NCBI GenBank assembly: GCA_002329335.1
Contig: DCTY01000061.1
Span: 41-64,040 of the forward strand
Direction: 5' to 3'
DNA length: 64,000 nt
DNA from: Christensenella sp. UBA1428
Lineage (GTDB): Bacteria > Bacillota > Clostridia > Christensenellales > UBA1750
This document shows, piece by piece, positions 46,862 through 55,571 of this stretch. The notes under the pieces were generated by a model. That model was not told the origin of the DNA, did no database searches, and saw only the letters and a program-made list of their open reading frames with translations. Numbering within the stretch: position 1 is the stretch's first letter; every line of letters begins with the position of its first letter. A program made the translations under genes and the position numbers.

Positions 46862-46890
46862 TTGACATACAAGATCTAGTATTGTATACT
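46862..46890 (+). promoter_or_regulatory. sigma-70-type promoter of nrdDG
   Basis: TTGACA (46862-46867), 17-nt spacer, TATACT (46885-46890) with TG just upstream. Confidence 0.6.
46867..46882. promoter_or_regulatory. NrdR box inside the nrdD promoter spacer
   Basis: ATACAAGATCTAGTAT matches 12/16 of the consensus. The two halves are 7/8 palindromic. Overlaps the -35/-10 spacer. Confidence 0.55.
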
Positions 46891-46938
46891 GTGGTTACTT
46901 ATGAAACAGGGTTTGCCCCGGAGAGGATGTCGTTTTCA

Positions 46939-49266
46939 ATGATCAATCAAATCAAGAAAAGAGACGGCCGTATTGTGGACTTTGACGCGTCCAAAATCGC
47001 CGTTGCCATACAAAAAGCTTTTGACGCAACCAAGCATAAAAAGGATTATGACGCCTGCATGCATTTAGCCGAGCAGGTCTGCCAGATGGCGGAACAAACC
47101 GTCCAGGATATCCCCACCGTCGAACAGATCCAGGACTGCGTGGAAAATGTGCTGATCGAAAACGGCTATGTGCGCACCTCCAAGGCGTACATCCTTTACC
47201 GCGCCGAGCGCACGCGCACGCGCGACATGCAGAACCGGCTGATGAAAACCTATGAGGACATCGCCTACAAATCCGCCAAGGACAGCGACATCAAACGCGA
47301 AAACGCCAACATCAACGGCGACTCGGCGATGGGGACGATGCTCAAATTCGGCAGCGAAGGCGCCAAGCAGTTTTACGACATGTTCGTGCTCAAGCCCGAG
47401 CACGCCACCGCGCACCGCGAGGGCGACATCCATATTCATGATATGGACTTTTTGACGCTGACGACCACCTGCTGTCAGATCGACCTGCTCAAGCTGTTCA
47501 AGGGCGGCTTTGGCACCGGTCACGGCGCGCTGCGCGAGCCGCAGGATATTGCGTCGTATTCGGCGCTGGCCTGCATCGCTGTTCAGTCCAACCAGAACGA
47601 CCAGCACGGCGGCCAGTCCATCGTCAATTTTGACTACAGCCTGGCTCCGGGCGTCAAAAAAACCTACATCAAACGGTATCGCGACAATATGGCCCGCGCG
47701 CTGGAGCTGCTTTGCGGTCAGGAACAGGATTGGAACCAGCAGCAGCGAACCATCATCGCCGAATTAAAGGCGCAGGGCCTCGCCCCGACGCTGGAAGGCG
47801 CGCAGGAATACCGGGAAAAAGAAGCGGAAAAATGGGCTGCGCTGGGCGTCCCTGAGGATGTAATCACGCGGGCACAGGCATTTTCCGTCGCGCACGCACA
47901 GGAAGAAACGGAGCGGGCGACCTTCCAGGCCATGGAAGCGCTGGTACACAATCTGAACACCATGCATTCCAGAGCCGGCGCGCAGATTCCCTTCTCGTCC
48001 ATCAACTACGGGATGGATACCAGCCCTGAGGGGCGGATGGTCATCCGCAATGTGCTTTTGGCCCAGGAAGCCGGCCTGGGCGAAGGGGAAACGCCGATTT
48101 TCCCGATCCATATTTTCCGCGTCAAGGAAGGCGTCAACTACAACGAAGGCGAACCCAACTACGACCTGTTCAAGCTGGCCTGCCGCGTCAGCGCCAAGCG
48201 GCTTTTCCCGAACTTCTCGTTCCAGGACGCGCCGTTTAATCTGCGCTATTACGACCCTGCCCGGCCGGAAACGGAGATCGCTTACATGGGCTGCCGGACG
48301 CGCGTTATCGGCAACAACTATGACAAATCGCGTGAAATCTGCAACGGGCGCGGTAATTTGAGCTTTACCTCCATCAACCTGCCGCGCATCGCGATCAAGG
48401 CCAAGGGCGACGTCAACGCATTTTTTGAGGATTTCGACCGGAAGATCGACCTTTGCATCGATCAGCTCAACGAACGGTTTGAAATGATCGCCCACAAGAC
48501 CCCGCGCAACTTCCCCTTCCTGATGGGCGAGGGCGTATGGATCGACAGCGAGAAGCTGGGCCCGGACGACGAGATCGGCGAAGTGCTCAAGCACGGCACC
48601 TTCTCGGTCGGCTTTATCGGGCTGGCGGAATGCCTCAAGGCGCTCATCGGCGAGCATCACGGCGAAAGCGAACGCGCGCAGAACCTTGGGCTTGAAATCA
48701 TCGGTCATCTGCGCGCCCGCATGGACGAAGAAAGTGCAAAAACCGGCCTGAACTATACCTGTCTGGCCACGCCGGCAGAAGGCCTTTCCGGCCGCTTTAT
48801 CAAGCTGGACAAGGAACGCTTCGGCATCATCCCCGGCGTTACCGACCGGGAGTATTACACCAACTCGTTCCACATCCCGGTATATTACCCGATCAGCGCG
48901 TTTAAAAAGATCCGGCTGGAAGCGCCGTATCACGAGCTGACCAACGCCGGCCATATCACCTACATCGAAATGGACGGCGACCCGACCAAGAATCTGGACG
49001 CATTTGAGCAGGTTATCCGCTGCATGCACGACGCCGGCATCGGCTACGGCTCGATCAACCATCCGGTCGACCGCGACCCGGTCTGCGGTTATAACGGCAT
49101 CATCGGCGACCGCTGCCCCAAATGCGGCCGCACCGAAACGCCCGAAGTGCCCTTTGAGCGGATTCGCCGGATTACCGGCTATCTGGTCGGCACGCTGGAT
49201 CGCTTCAACAACGCCAAGCGCGCGGAGGAGCGCGACCGCGTGAAGCACGGCATCGGCGCCAACTAA
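46939..49266 (+). CDS. nrdD: anaerobic ribonucleoside-triphosphate reductase
   Basis: ATP-cone N-terminus (IKKRDGRIVDFDASKI). C-terminal Zn ribbon (C...CPKCG) and glycyl-radical tail RRITGYLVG. Start ATG 46939 (or 46927). The upstream ORF extension was rejected. Confidence 0.9.
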   Translation: MINQIKKRDGRIVDFDASKIAVAIQKAFDATKHKKDYDACMHLAEQVCQMAEQTVQDIPTVEQIQDCVENVLIENGYVRTSKAYILYRAERTRTRDMQNRLMKTYEDIAYKSAKDSDIKRENANINGDSAMGTMLKFGSEGAKQFYDMFVLKPEHATAHREGDIHIHDMDFLTLTTTCCQIDLLKLFKGGFGTGHGALREPQDIASYSALACIAVQSNQNDQHGGQSIVNFDYSLAPGVKKTYIKRYRDNMARALELLCGQEQDWNQQQRTIIAELKAQGLAPTLEGAQEYREKEAEKWAALGVPEDVITRAQAFSVAHAQEETERATFQAMEALVHNLNTMHSRAGAQIPFSSINYGMDTSPEGRMVIRNVLLAQEAGLGEGETPIFPIHIFRVKEGVNYNEGEPNYDLFKLACRVSAKRLFPNFSFQDAPFNLRYYDPARPETEIAYMGCRTRVIGNNYDKSREICNGRGNLSFTSINLPRIAIKAKGDVNAFFEDFDRKIDLCIDQLNERFEMIAHKTPRNFPFLMGEGVWIDSEKLGPDDEIGEVLKHGTFSVGFIGLAECLKALIGEHHGESERAQNLGLEIIGHLRARMDEESAKTGLNYTCLATPAEGLSGRFIKLDKERFGIIPGVTDREYYTNSFHIPVYYPISAFKKIRLEAPYHELTNAGHITYIEMDGDPTKNLDAFEQVIRCMHDAGIGYGSINHPVDRDPVCGYNGIIGDRCPKCGRTETPEVPFERIRRITGYLVGTLDRFNNAKRAEERDRVKHGIGAN

Positions 49267-49287
49267 AAACAAACCGAGGTTTTTGAT

Positions 49288-49782
49288 ATGAAGTTTCGTC
49301 TGGCGGATATCGTCGAAGATTCCATTGTGGACGGACCCGGCGTGCGCATCGCCGTATTTGTACAGGGCTGCCCGCATCATTGTCCCGGCTGTCACAATCC
49401 GGCCACGCACGATCCCGCCGGGGGGCGCGACGCAGATACCGACGAGGTGTTTGCCCGCATTGACGAAAACCCGCTGCTCTCGGGTGTGACACTTACCGGC
49501 GGAGAGCCGTTTGAGCAATGCGGCGCGATGGCCGACATTGCACAGCGCGCCAAGGCGCGGGGGTTAAACGTCATGGCCTACAGCGGCTACCGATTTGAGC
49601 AGCTGCTTGAAAAGCCGCAGGCCATGCAGGTATTGGCATATTGCGACACGCTGGTGGACGGTCCGTTTGTAAAGGATCAGCGTTCGCTGGATCTGCTGTT
49701 TCGCGGATCGAAAAATCAGCGGATCATCGATGTGCAGGCGTCGCTCCGGCAGGGATGCGTCGTAAAGCAGAACTGGGCATAA
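49288..49782 (+). CDS. nrdG: anaerobic ribonucleotide reductase activating protein (radical SAM)
   Basis: 164 aa, CPHHCPGCHN cluster motif, directly downstream of nrdD. Confidence 0.9.
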   Translation: MKFRLADIVEDSIVDGPGVRIAVFVQGCPHHCPGCHNPATHDPAGGRDADTDEVFARIDENPLLSGVTLTGGEPFEQCGAMADIAQRAKARGLNVMAYSGYRFEQLLEKPQAMQVLAYCDTLVDGPFVKDQRSLDLLFRGSKNQRIIDVQASLRQGCVVKQNWA

Positions 49783-49790
49783 AAATGCCG

Positions 49791-49828
49791 AAGGCTCCGC
49801 AGCGGGATTGCTGCGGAGCCTTTGATTT
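49791..49828 (+). terminator. rho-independent terminator of nrdDG
   Basis: GGCTCCGCAGC / GCTGCGGAGCC followed by TTTGATTT. Confidence 0.8.
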
Positions 49829-49921
49829 GCGCAAATACCGTTTTGCTGGTACACTAAGGGCAATTGTGCATGCAGCGTCCCGCTGTTTATCCAAGCTGCA
49901 GCTTTTTTGCGGAGGTTTTTC

Positions 49922-50617
49922 ATGAACATTCAAACGCTTCATCTGATCCAGGGCGCCGGACAGGCGCAGGGCTTGACCGTTATCATCGACGTTTTCCGGG
50001 CCTTTTCGCTGGAATGTTATTTGTATGACATGGGCGCAGCCGCCATTTTGCCCGTGGGCGACCTGGATGTCGCGCGCAGGCTCAAAGCGGAGCATCCCGA
50101 CTATGTGCTCATCGGCGAACGGGGCGGCAAAAAATGCGAAGGCTTCGATTTTGGCAATTCGCCCAGCACAGTCGACCCTGCGCGCATCGCGGGCAAAACC
50201 ATCGTCCACACCACCAGCGCCGGCACGCAGGGCGTCCAAAACGCCGTTCGCGCGCAGAAAATTCTCACCGGCAGTCTGGTCAACGCCCGCGCAGTCGCCC
50301 GTTATATTCTGGCGGAAAACCCCGCTCAGGTGTCGCTGGTCTGCATGGGCAACAGCGGCGTGCGCCCGGCAAAGGAGGACGAGCTGTGCGCGGCGTATCT
50401 GGAAAGCCTGCTCACCGGAAAACCCATGCAGGATATCCGGGCGCGCGCGCAGGCGCTGCGCCTGGACGGCGGCGCGCACTTTTTTGATCCTGCGCTTCAG
50501 GACGTCTTTCCGCAGGCGGACTTTGATTGCTGCACCCAGGTCGACCGTTTTGATTTTGTCATTGAAATCGATACCCGCGGGCCCGTCCTGTCGGCCGTAA
50601 AGCGCCGGGTTTCATAA
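49922..50617 (+). CDS. comB: 2-phosphosulfolactate phosphatase (ComB) family protein
   Basis: Start ATG 49922 (SD GGAGG). IIDVFRAFS...GERGG...GFDFGNSP are ComB-family motifs. Confidence 0.75.
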   Translation: MNIQTLHLIQGAGQAQGLTVIIDVFRAFSLECYLYDMGAAAILPVGDLDVARRLKAEHPDYVLIGERGGKKCEGFDFGNSPSTVDPARIAGKTIVHTTSAGTQGVQNAVRAQKILTGSLVNARAVARYILAENPAQVSLVCMGNSGVRPAKEDELCAAYLESLLTGKPMQDIRARAQALRLDGGAHFFDPALQDVFPQADFDCCTQVDRFDFVIEIDTRGPVLSAVKRRVS

Positions 50618-50658
50618 AATACACCGTCTGTTTTTCCCTATGCCTGCATCAAAGAATT

Positions 50659-50695
50659 AAAAAGGATGCGCCGCTTGCCGCGCATCCTTTTTTGC
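50659..50695. terminator. bidirectional terminator (comB-like / DUF975 genes)
   Basis: AAAAGGATGCG ... CGCATCCTTTTTT. Confidence 0.8.
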
Positions 50696-50819
50696 TTTAA
50701 AATGCAGTTCTGTCCCGATACTCAAACGGTACCGCCGCCGGCCATGCACGGTCAACACACAGTCTGATCCATGTTTTTGTAGGGGTTGCGCCGGCAAATG
50801 CCCAGGAGCTTCTAAAGCC

Positions 50820-51809
50820 TTAATGGTTCTCTTCCTTTTGATCCCACGGCCCGGCAGCTTCCTGTGCCTGCTGCTCCGGCTGCGCATCGCAATTCTGCGC
50901 TGCCGGTTCCGGATCTTCTGCGGCGCCGCCGTCCTGCGACGCTTCCTGCATCCGCGCATTTTCCAATTCCTCCGCACGCCCGGATATCTCCAGATAAAAC
51001 GCGCTCTGCGCCGCCGACGTATAGGGATTGAGCCACAAAACGCCGATTCCGCAGGTCAGCACCGCCAAAAACACCCATCCGATAAAGCTGATTTCCAGAC
51101 AGAACAGCCGCCATTTGTTGCCGCGCATCATCGCATAGGACTTTTTAAGCGCCGCAACCGGACCAAGCTGAGGATTGTCCGCCAGAACATAGCTGGCCAT
51201 GCTGTAGGCATAGGCAAAGATGATCAGCGGCGCCAAGCAGAGCAACAGCGCGAGAACGGACAGCAGCGGCAAGAACATCAATGCCGCGTCATTGTTCGTG
51301 CCGGGCAGCGCCGTGAAAAAAGCCGCGATTACAATCACATACAAAAGGATGCCCGGCAGCGCGCAGGCAACCAGGATCAGCGATTTTACAATGTTCATGC
51401 CAAGCGCTTTTCCGAAAAGGTCCATACTGCCAAACAGCTGTTTAAAATTGGCCTGCCCGCCGCTTGCCAGCGTGATATAGTATTTTTTCTGCCCCACGTC
51501 AATAATCGGCCCAAGGAAAAAGCATACCAGTGCGTAAAGCACCATGACCACCGCGCCTCCAAACACCGCGGCGACCAATACCTTTCCAACGGGCGAGGCA
51601 TAAATGCCGTCCAAAACATTGCTGAATTCCGAACCGCTGGCCAGATTGCCGCCGACATAGTTTGCGCTGTTTCCTACGCTGCCGCCCCCGCTCGTGCCGC
51701 CCGCGCCCAACAAGCCGGCAACCAGCGATACCGCAAGGGCCGTTGCCCAGTTCCCTTTTAGCGCCGCGCGTGCTTTTGCCCGAAAATCTGAAGCGCTGCT
51801 CCTGTACAT
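50820..51809 (-). CDS. DUF975-family membrane protein
   Basis: Start ATG 51809. N-terminus FRAKARAALKGNWATAL, multiple TM segments, acidic C-terminal tail. Confidence 0.75.
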   Translation of the reverse strand: MYRSSASDFRAKARAALKGNWATALAVSLVAGLLGAGGTSGGGSVGNSANYVGGNLASGSEFSNVLDGIYASPVGKVLVAAVFGGAVVMVLYALVCFFLGPIIDVGQKKYYITLASGGQANFKQLFGSMDLFGKALGMNIVKSLILVACALPGILLYVIVIAAFFTALPGTNNDAALMFLPLLSVLALLLCLAPLIIFAYAYSMASYVLADNPQLGPVAALKKSYAMMRGNKWRLFCLEISFIGWVFLAVLTCGIGVLWLNPYTSAAQSAFYLEISGRAEELENARMQEASQDGGAAEDPEPAAQNCDAQPEQQAQEAAGPWDQKEENH

Positions 51810-52019
51810 GGTTGTGCCCCCTATCTTGAATTGGATCTTTATTCCTATTATACGGGATTTCCGCGCCGGAATCAACCGATAATCGTCCAAAACCTGTTTT
51901 TAAAGCGGTCCCTATTGTTTTGAGCGTTTTCACCTTGCGGCAAACGCCGCAATGTGATATAACAAAGACATGTCATAAATTGCGCAGCCGGCCCGGCTGC
52001 AAAAAAGGAGTCGTTTTCG

Positions 52020-53222
52020 ATGCAAGAACAACAGAAAAACATGCGCATCGGTCTGTTTTATGCGCTGATTTCGCTGTTTTGGATGAGCCTGTACGCCTAC
52101 CAGCCGCTGCTTTCCACCTACAGCAGCGACGTCATGGGCGCAAGCGCCGTCATGGTGGGCAATATTTTGGGTTCTTACGGCTTGACGCAGCTGATTTTGC
52201 GCATTCCGCTGGGCGTTTTAAGCGATAAGCTCGGCAAGCGCAAGCTGTTTGTGATTTTAGGCTGCGCCGTTTCGCTTTTGTCGTCCCTGGGCCTTTATTT
52301 TTCTAAAACGCCCGTCTGGCTGATGATCTTCCGCGCCCTGGCCGGCGTCGCCGCCAGCACCTGGGTGACGATCACCGTATTGTTTTCCAGCTATTTTGAC
52401 CCGGAAAAGGCGCCGCAGGCCATGGCGCGCGCTACTGTTTTCAACAATATCGGCCAAATGATCGCCATGTATTTGGGCGGACGGATCGGTCAGATGCTCG
52501 GCGACCGATCGGCGTTTCTGCTTTCGGCGCTCTTTGGCGTCGCCGCGCTGATGGCCAGTTTGTTTGTTGTGGAAAACAATCCGCCCCGCAAGCCGATGCG
52601 CGTGTCTGCGCTTTTAAGCGTTGGCGCGGACAAAACGCTGTTGTCCGTCAGCGCGCTGGCCATCGCCTATCAAATCGTCAATCAGGGCGCGGCAATGGGC
52701 TTTACGCCGCAGTATGCCGCGCAGCTTGGCGCAACCTCTTCCGACAAGGGCGTTTTGACCAGCATGGCGATTTTGGGCTCCGCCGTGATGAGTTTTTGTT
52801 CCAGCAAATGGCTGGTCGGGAAATTCGGCCAGCGCCGGTGTATTTTAACCGGCTTTTTGCTCAACGGCGCGGCGACCATTGCCATCGCGCTGTTTGCCAA
52901 AAACGTCTATACGATGTTTGCGCTGCAATTCCTGGCCGGATGCGGCAACGGGCTTTCCTTCCCGCTGCTGATGGGCATGGCCATTAAAAACATTTCCGGC
53001 GATAAGCGCGGCGTCGCGATGGGCTTTTTCCAGTCCATCTATGCGCTGGGCATGTATATCGGCCCGCTGATGACCGGCGCGCTGATTGAAATGGCAACGC
53101 TGCGCATCAGCCTTGGCTGCATCGGCGCCGTAAGCCTGATCGCCTTTGCCGCCGCGCTGCTGATTTTGCCCCGCCAAAAGGCGCAGGGACAGACAAACTC
53201 TCAAACCAAAGCACAGGGATAA
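52020..53222 (+). CDS. MFS transporter
   Basis: 400 aa, 12 predicted TM segments, GVLSDKLGKRK loop 2-3 motif, SD AAAAGGAG. Confidence 0.85.
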   Translation: MQEQQKNMRIGLFYALISLFWMSLYAYQPLLSTYSSDVMGASAVMVGNILGSYGLTQLILRIPLGVLSDKLGKRKLFVILGCAVSLLSSLGLYFSKTPVWLMIFRALAGVAASTWVTITVLFSSYFDPEKAPQAMARATVFNNIGQMIAMYLGGRIGQMLGDRSAFLLSALFGVAALMASLFVVENNPPRKPMRVSALLSVGADKTLLSVSALAIAYQIVNQGAAMGFTPQYAAQLGATSSDKGVLTSMAILGSAVMSFCSSKWLVGKFGQRRCILTGFLLNGAATIAIALFAKNVYTMFALQFLAGCGNGLSFPLLMGMAIKNISGDKRGVAMGFFQSIYALGMYIGPLMTGALIEMATLRISLGCIGAVSLIAFAAALLILPRQKAQGQTNSQTKAQG

Positions 53223-53270
53223 CGCCGCAGGACTGGCCGGGACTGATCCGTTAGGTTGGCTGCATACAAA

Positions 53271-53305
53271 AGGCATGACTTTAAGGTCATGCCTTTCGCT
53301 TTTTA
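53271..53305 (+). terminator. rho-independent terminator
   Basis: AGGCATGAC / GTCATGCCT followed by TTCGCTTTTT. Confidence 0.75.
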
Positions 53306-53422
53306 TACACACTGCAAAGCAGCTATCACCAGTTTCTTAAACGGAGCCAACGCTCAGGCCCATTGCCCCGCAATCCGAAAGCGTCTCCAAAAGCCCTTTC
53401 GGCTCGGCTCGCAGATCGCGTT

Positions 53423-54001
53423 TCATTTCATCCGCCGAAGCGCCTTCCATTCATCCTCCAAAATCGCCATCAGAATATCATCCGCATAGCGATCACCGTC
53501 CCGTACGGCGTCGCGCAGCACGCCCTCCGTTTTAAACCCCGCTTTCAAATACGCCTTTTGCGCGCGCAGATTAAACGAATATACATCCAGCGCCAGACGA
53601 TGCAGCCCCAGCTGCTCAAATGCAAAATCGCGCGTACATTCAATGGCCCAGGCGCCGATGCCCCGGCCTCTTTCCGCCGGGTGAAAAATCCCTATCCGGA
53701 AATTGGCGCACCGCAATTCCCAGTCGATTTCATTGATTACGCTCTCGCCGATTATCCGGCCGTCGGGCGCGATGATCAGGAAAAAGACACGATCCTGCTG
53801 ATCAAGCGATTGGAGAAAGAAAGACACCACTTCGTCTTTTTCAAACGCGGTTTTGCACCCCGTCAAGCGCGCCGCCTCCGGGTCCAGCGGGCAATAGTTC
53901 TGATCAAAATAGGGCTGCGCATCCTGCGCCTGCGCCAACCGCAGGATAAATCCGTCTTTTTCCGCAATTATTTTTTCGTTCAATACAACCTCACCTTTCA
54001 T
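53423..54001 (-). CDS. GNAT N-acetyltransferase (RimJ/RimL-like)
   Basis: Start ATG 54001 (weak SD). RGRGIGAWAIECTRDFAF acetyl-CoA region. Confidence 0.7.
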   Translation of the reverse strand: MKGEVVLNEKIIAEKDGFILRLAQAQDAQPYFDQNYCPLDPEAARLTGCKTAFEKDEVVSFFLQSLDQQDRVFFLIIAPDGRIIGESVINEIDWELRCANFRIGIFHPAERGRGIGAWAIECTRDFAFEQLGLHRLALDVYSFNLRAQKAYLKAGFKTEGVLRDAVRDGDRYADDILMAILEDEWKALRRMK

Positions 54002-54237
54002 TTTCCGCTTTTCCCCGATTGGACGATACTGAATTGTTCCAAAAAAGCAGGCGTTTTCTGTCCAATGATTCCGGGGATTTGTCGCAGCGTATTGCTCCAA
54101 AATAGGCAATTCGCCCAAAGGCCCCCTTGTTCCTCCTTTTCAGCCCTGAAAATCCGCCGCAGCGCGCTGTCCTTTATGATTCAAGGCGCTTCCGGCGATT
54201 TGAATCACACGCCGCCCCTACCACCGACGAAAATGGC

Positions 54238-54266
54238 TTGTACCGGCATGTAAACTGTGCTATACT
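54238..54266 (+). promoter_or_regulatory. sigma-70-type promoter of the second AEC permease gene
   Basis: TTGTAC (54238-54243), 17-nt spacer, TGcTATACT (TATACT 54261-54266). Confidence 0.5.
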
Positions 54267-54327
54267 AACAGTATGCTTTATGTAGTTCCCGGCTTTGCCG
54301 GGATTTTTCAATCAGGTAGGTGATCGC

Positions 54328-55281
54328 ATGGACGCGCTGATGTACAGTTTAAACGCAACGGTTCCGATTTTTCTGGTCATTTTGGTCGGTTACATTTTAA
54401 AAAACAAGTTTCATATGTTCTCCGACCAGACCATCGCTCAGCTCAACAAATTCAATTTCCGCGTGACGCTGCCTGCGCTGTTGTTTTTAGACGTCGCACA
54501 GGCGGATTTTCTGGCCGTTTGGGACACGCGCTATGTGCTGTTTTGTGTCGTCGCGACCACCGTATGCATCAGCGTCATTGCGCTTTTCGCTTTTTTTCTG
54601 ATCAAGGACCGCGCTTTGATGGGCGAATTTGTGCAGGCGAGCTATCGCGGCAGCGCCGCCGTGCTGGGGATTGCGTTTATTCAGAACATCTACGGCACGT
54701 CGGTCATGGCGCCGCTGATGGTCATTGCGACGGTGCCGATTTACAACATCGCCGCCGTGCTGATTTTATCGTTTACCGCGCCCCGGGAAAAGGACGTTGA
54801 CAAGGGATTGGCGCTGAAAAAATCGCTTTTGGAAATCGTCACCAATCCGATCATCCTGGGGATTTTGGCCGGTCTGCTTTTTTCGCTGTGCGGGCTGAAG
54901 CTGCCGACGATGCTGCATAAAACCGTCAACAATTTTTCCGCAATGGCCACCCCGCTTTGTCTGGTCGCGCTGGGCGCCGGCTTTGAGGGCGGCAAAGCGC
55001 TGAAAATGGTCAAGCCGACGCTGATCTGCGCGCTGATCAAGCTGTTTGCGCAGGCGGCTGTTTTTCTGCCCATCGCCTTCCGGATGGGGTTTCGAAACGA
55101 AATGCTCGTCGCGTTGCTGGTGATGCTGGGCGCGCCGACCACGGCAAGCTGCTACATCATGGCCCGCAATATGGGGCATGAAGGCGTGCTGACCTCCAGT
55201 GCGGTGGTCATCACCTCCGTATTGGGCGCCGTTTCGCTGACCTTCTGGCTGTTTTTGATGCGCACGCTGGGGTACATCTAA
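54328..55281 (+). CDS. AEC-family permease (second copy in the window)
   Basis: Start ATG 54328. 317 aa, ~10 TM segments, N-terminus VPIFLVILVGYILK. Confidence 0.85.
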   Translation: MDALMYSLNATVPIFLVILVGYILKNKFHMFSDQTIAQLNKFNFRVTLPALLFLDVAQADFLAVWDTRYVLFCVVATTVCISVIALFAFFLIKDRALMGEFVQASYRGSAAVLGIAFIQNIYGTSVMAPLMVIATVPIYNIAAVLILSFTAPREKDVDKGLALKKSLLEIVTNPIILGILAGLLFSLCGLKLPTMLHKTVNNFSAMATPLCLVALGAGFEGGKALKMVKPTLICALIKLFAQAAVFLPIAFRMGFRNEMLVALLVMLGAPTTASCYIMARNMGHEGVLTSSAVVITSVLGAVSLTFWLFLMRTLGYI

Positions 55282-55485
55282 AAGCCGCAGCCCCGTCCAC
55301 GCAGCCAAAACGCAGTTTCATCCAAAACCCGACCGCTGTGGCCTAAAACAAATTGCAGGGCTGCAAAGGACGAAAATCCAACGATTTTCGTCCGCTTGGC
55401 GGCAAAGCCGGCGATACCGGGATTGAAAGTCAGGAAGGCTGCGTTTCCTTGGCAATTCTTCCTTAAGGATGTTTTTTGACAGTCC

Positions 55486-55520
55486 GGGCGCGGCAAGTGT
55501 TTTGCCGCGCTTTCTTTTTT
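55486..55520 (+). terminator. strong rho-independent terminator inside the leader of the LarA-like gene
   Basis: GGGCGCGGCAA / TTGCCGCGC followed by TTTCTTTTTT, ending 52 nt before the next start codon. Confidence 0.75.
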
Positions 55521-55571
55521 CGCATACGGCATTTGTGCTCGTATGCGGCTGATTTTCACAGGAGGGATTTT

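Noticed and set aside
46642-46938. N-terminal 99-codon extension of the nrdD ORF.
   Set aside because: It covers the promoter and NrdR boxes. The ATP-cone begins right after ATG 46939.
45308-49518. 431-aa plus-strand ORF (45308-46603) and 584-aa minus-strand ORF (47764-49518).
   Set aside because: Antisense shadows of the M18 peptidase and nrdD genes respectively.
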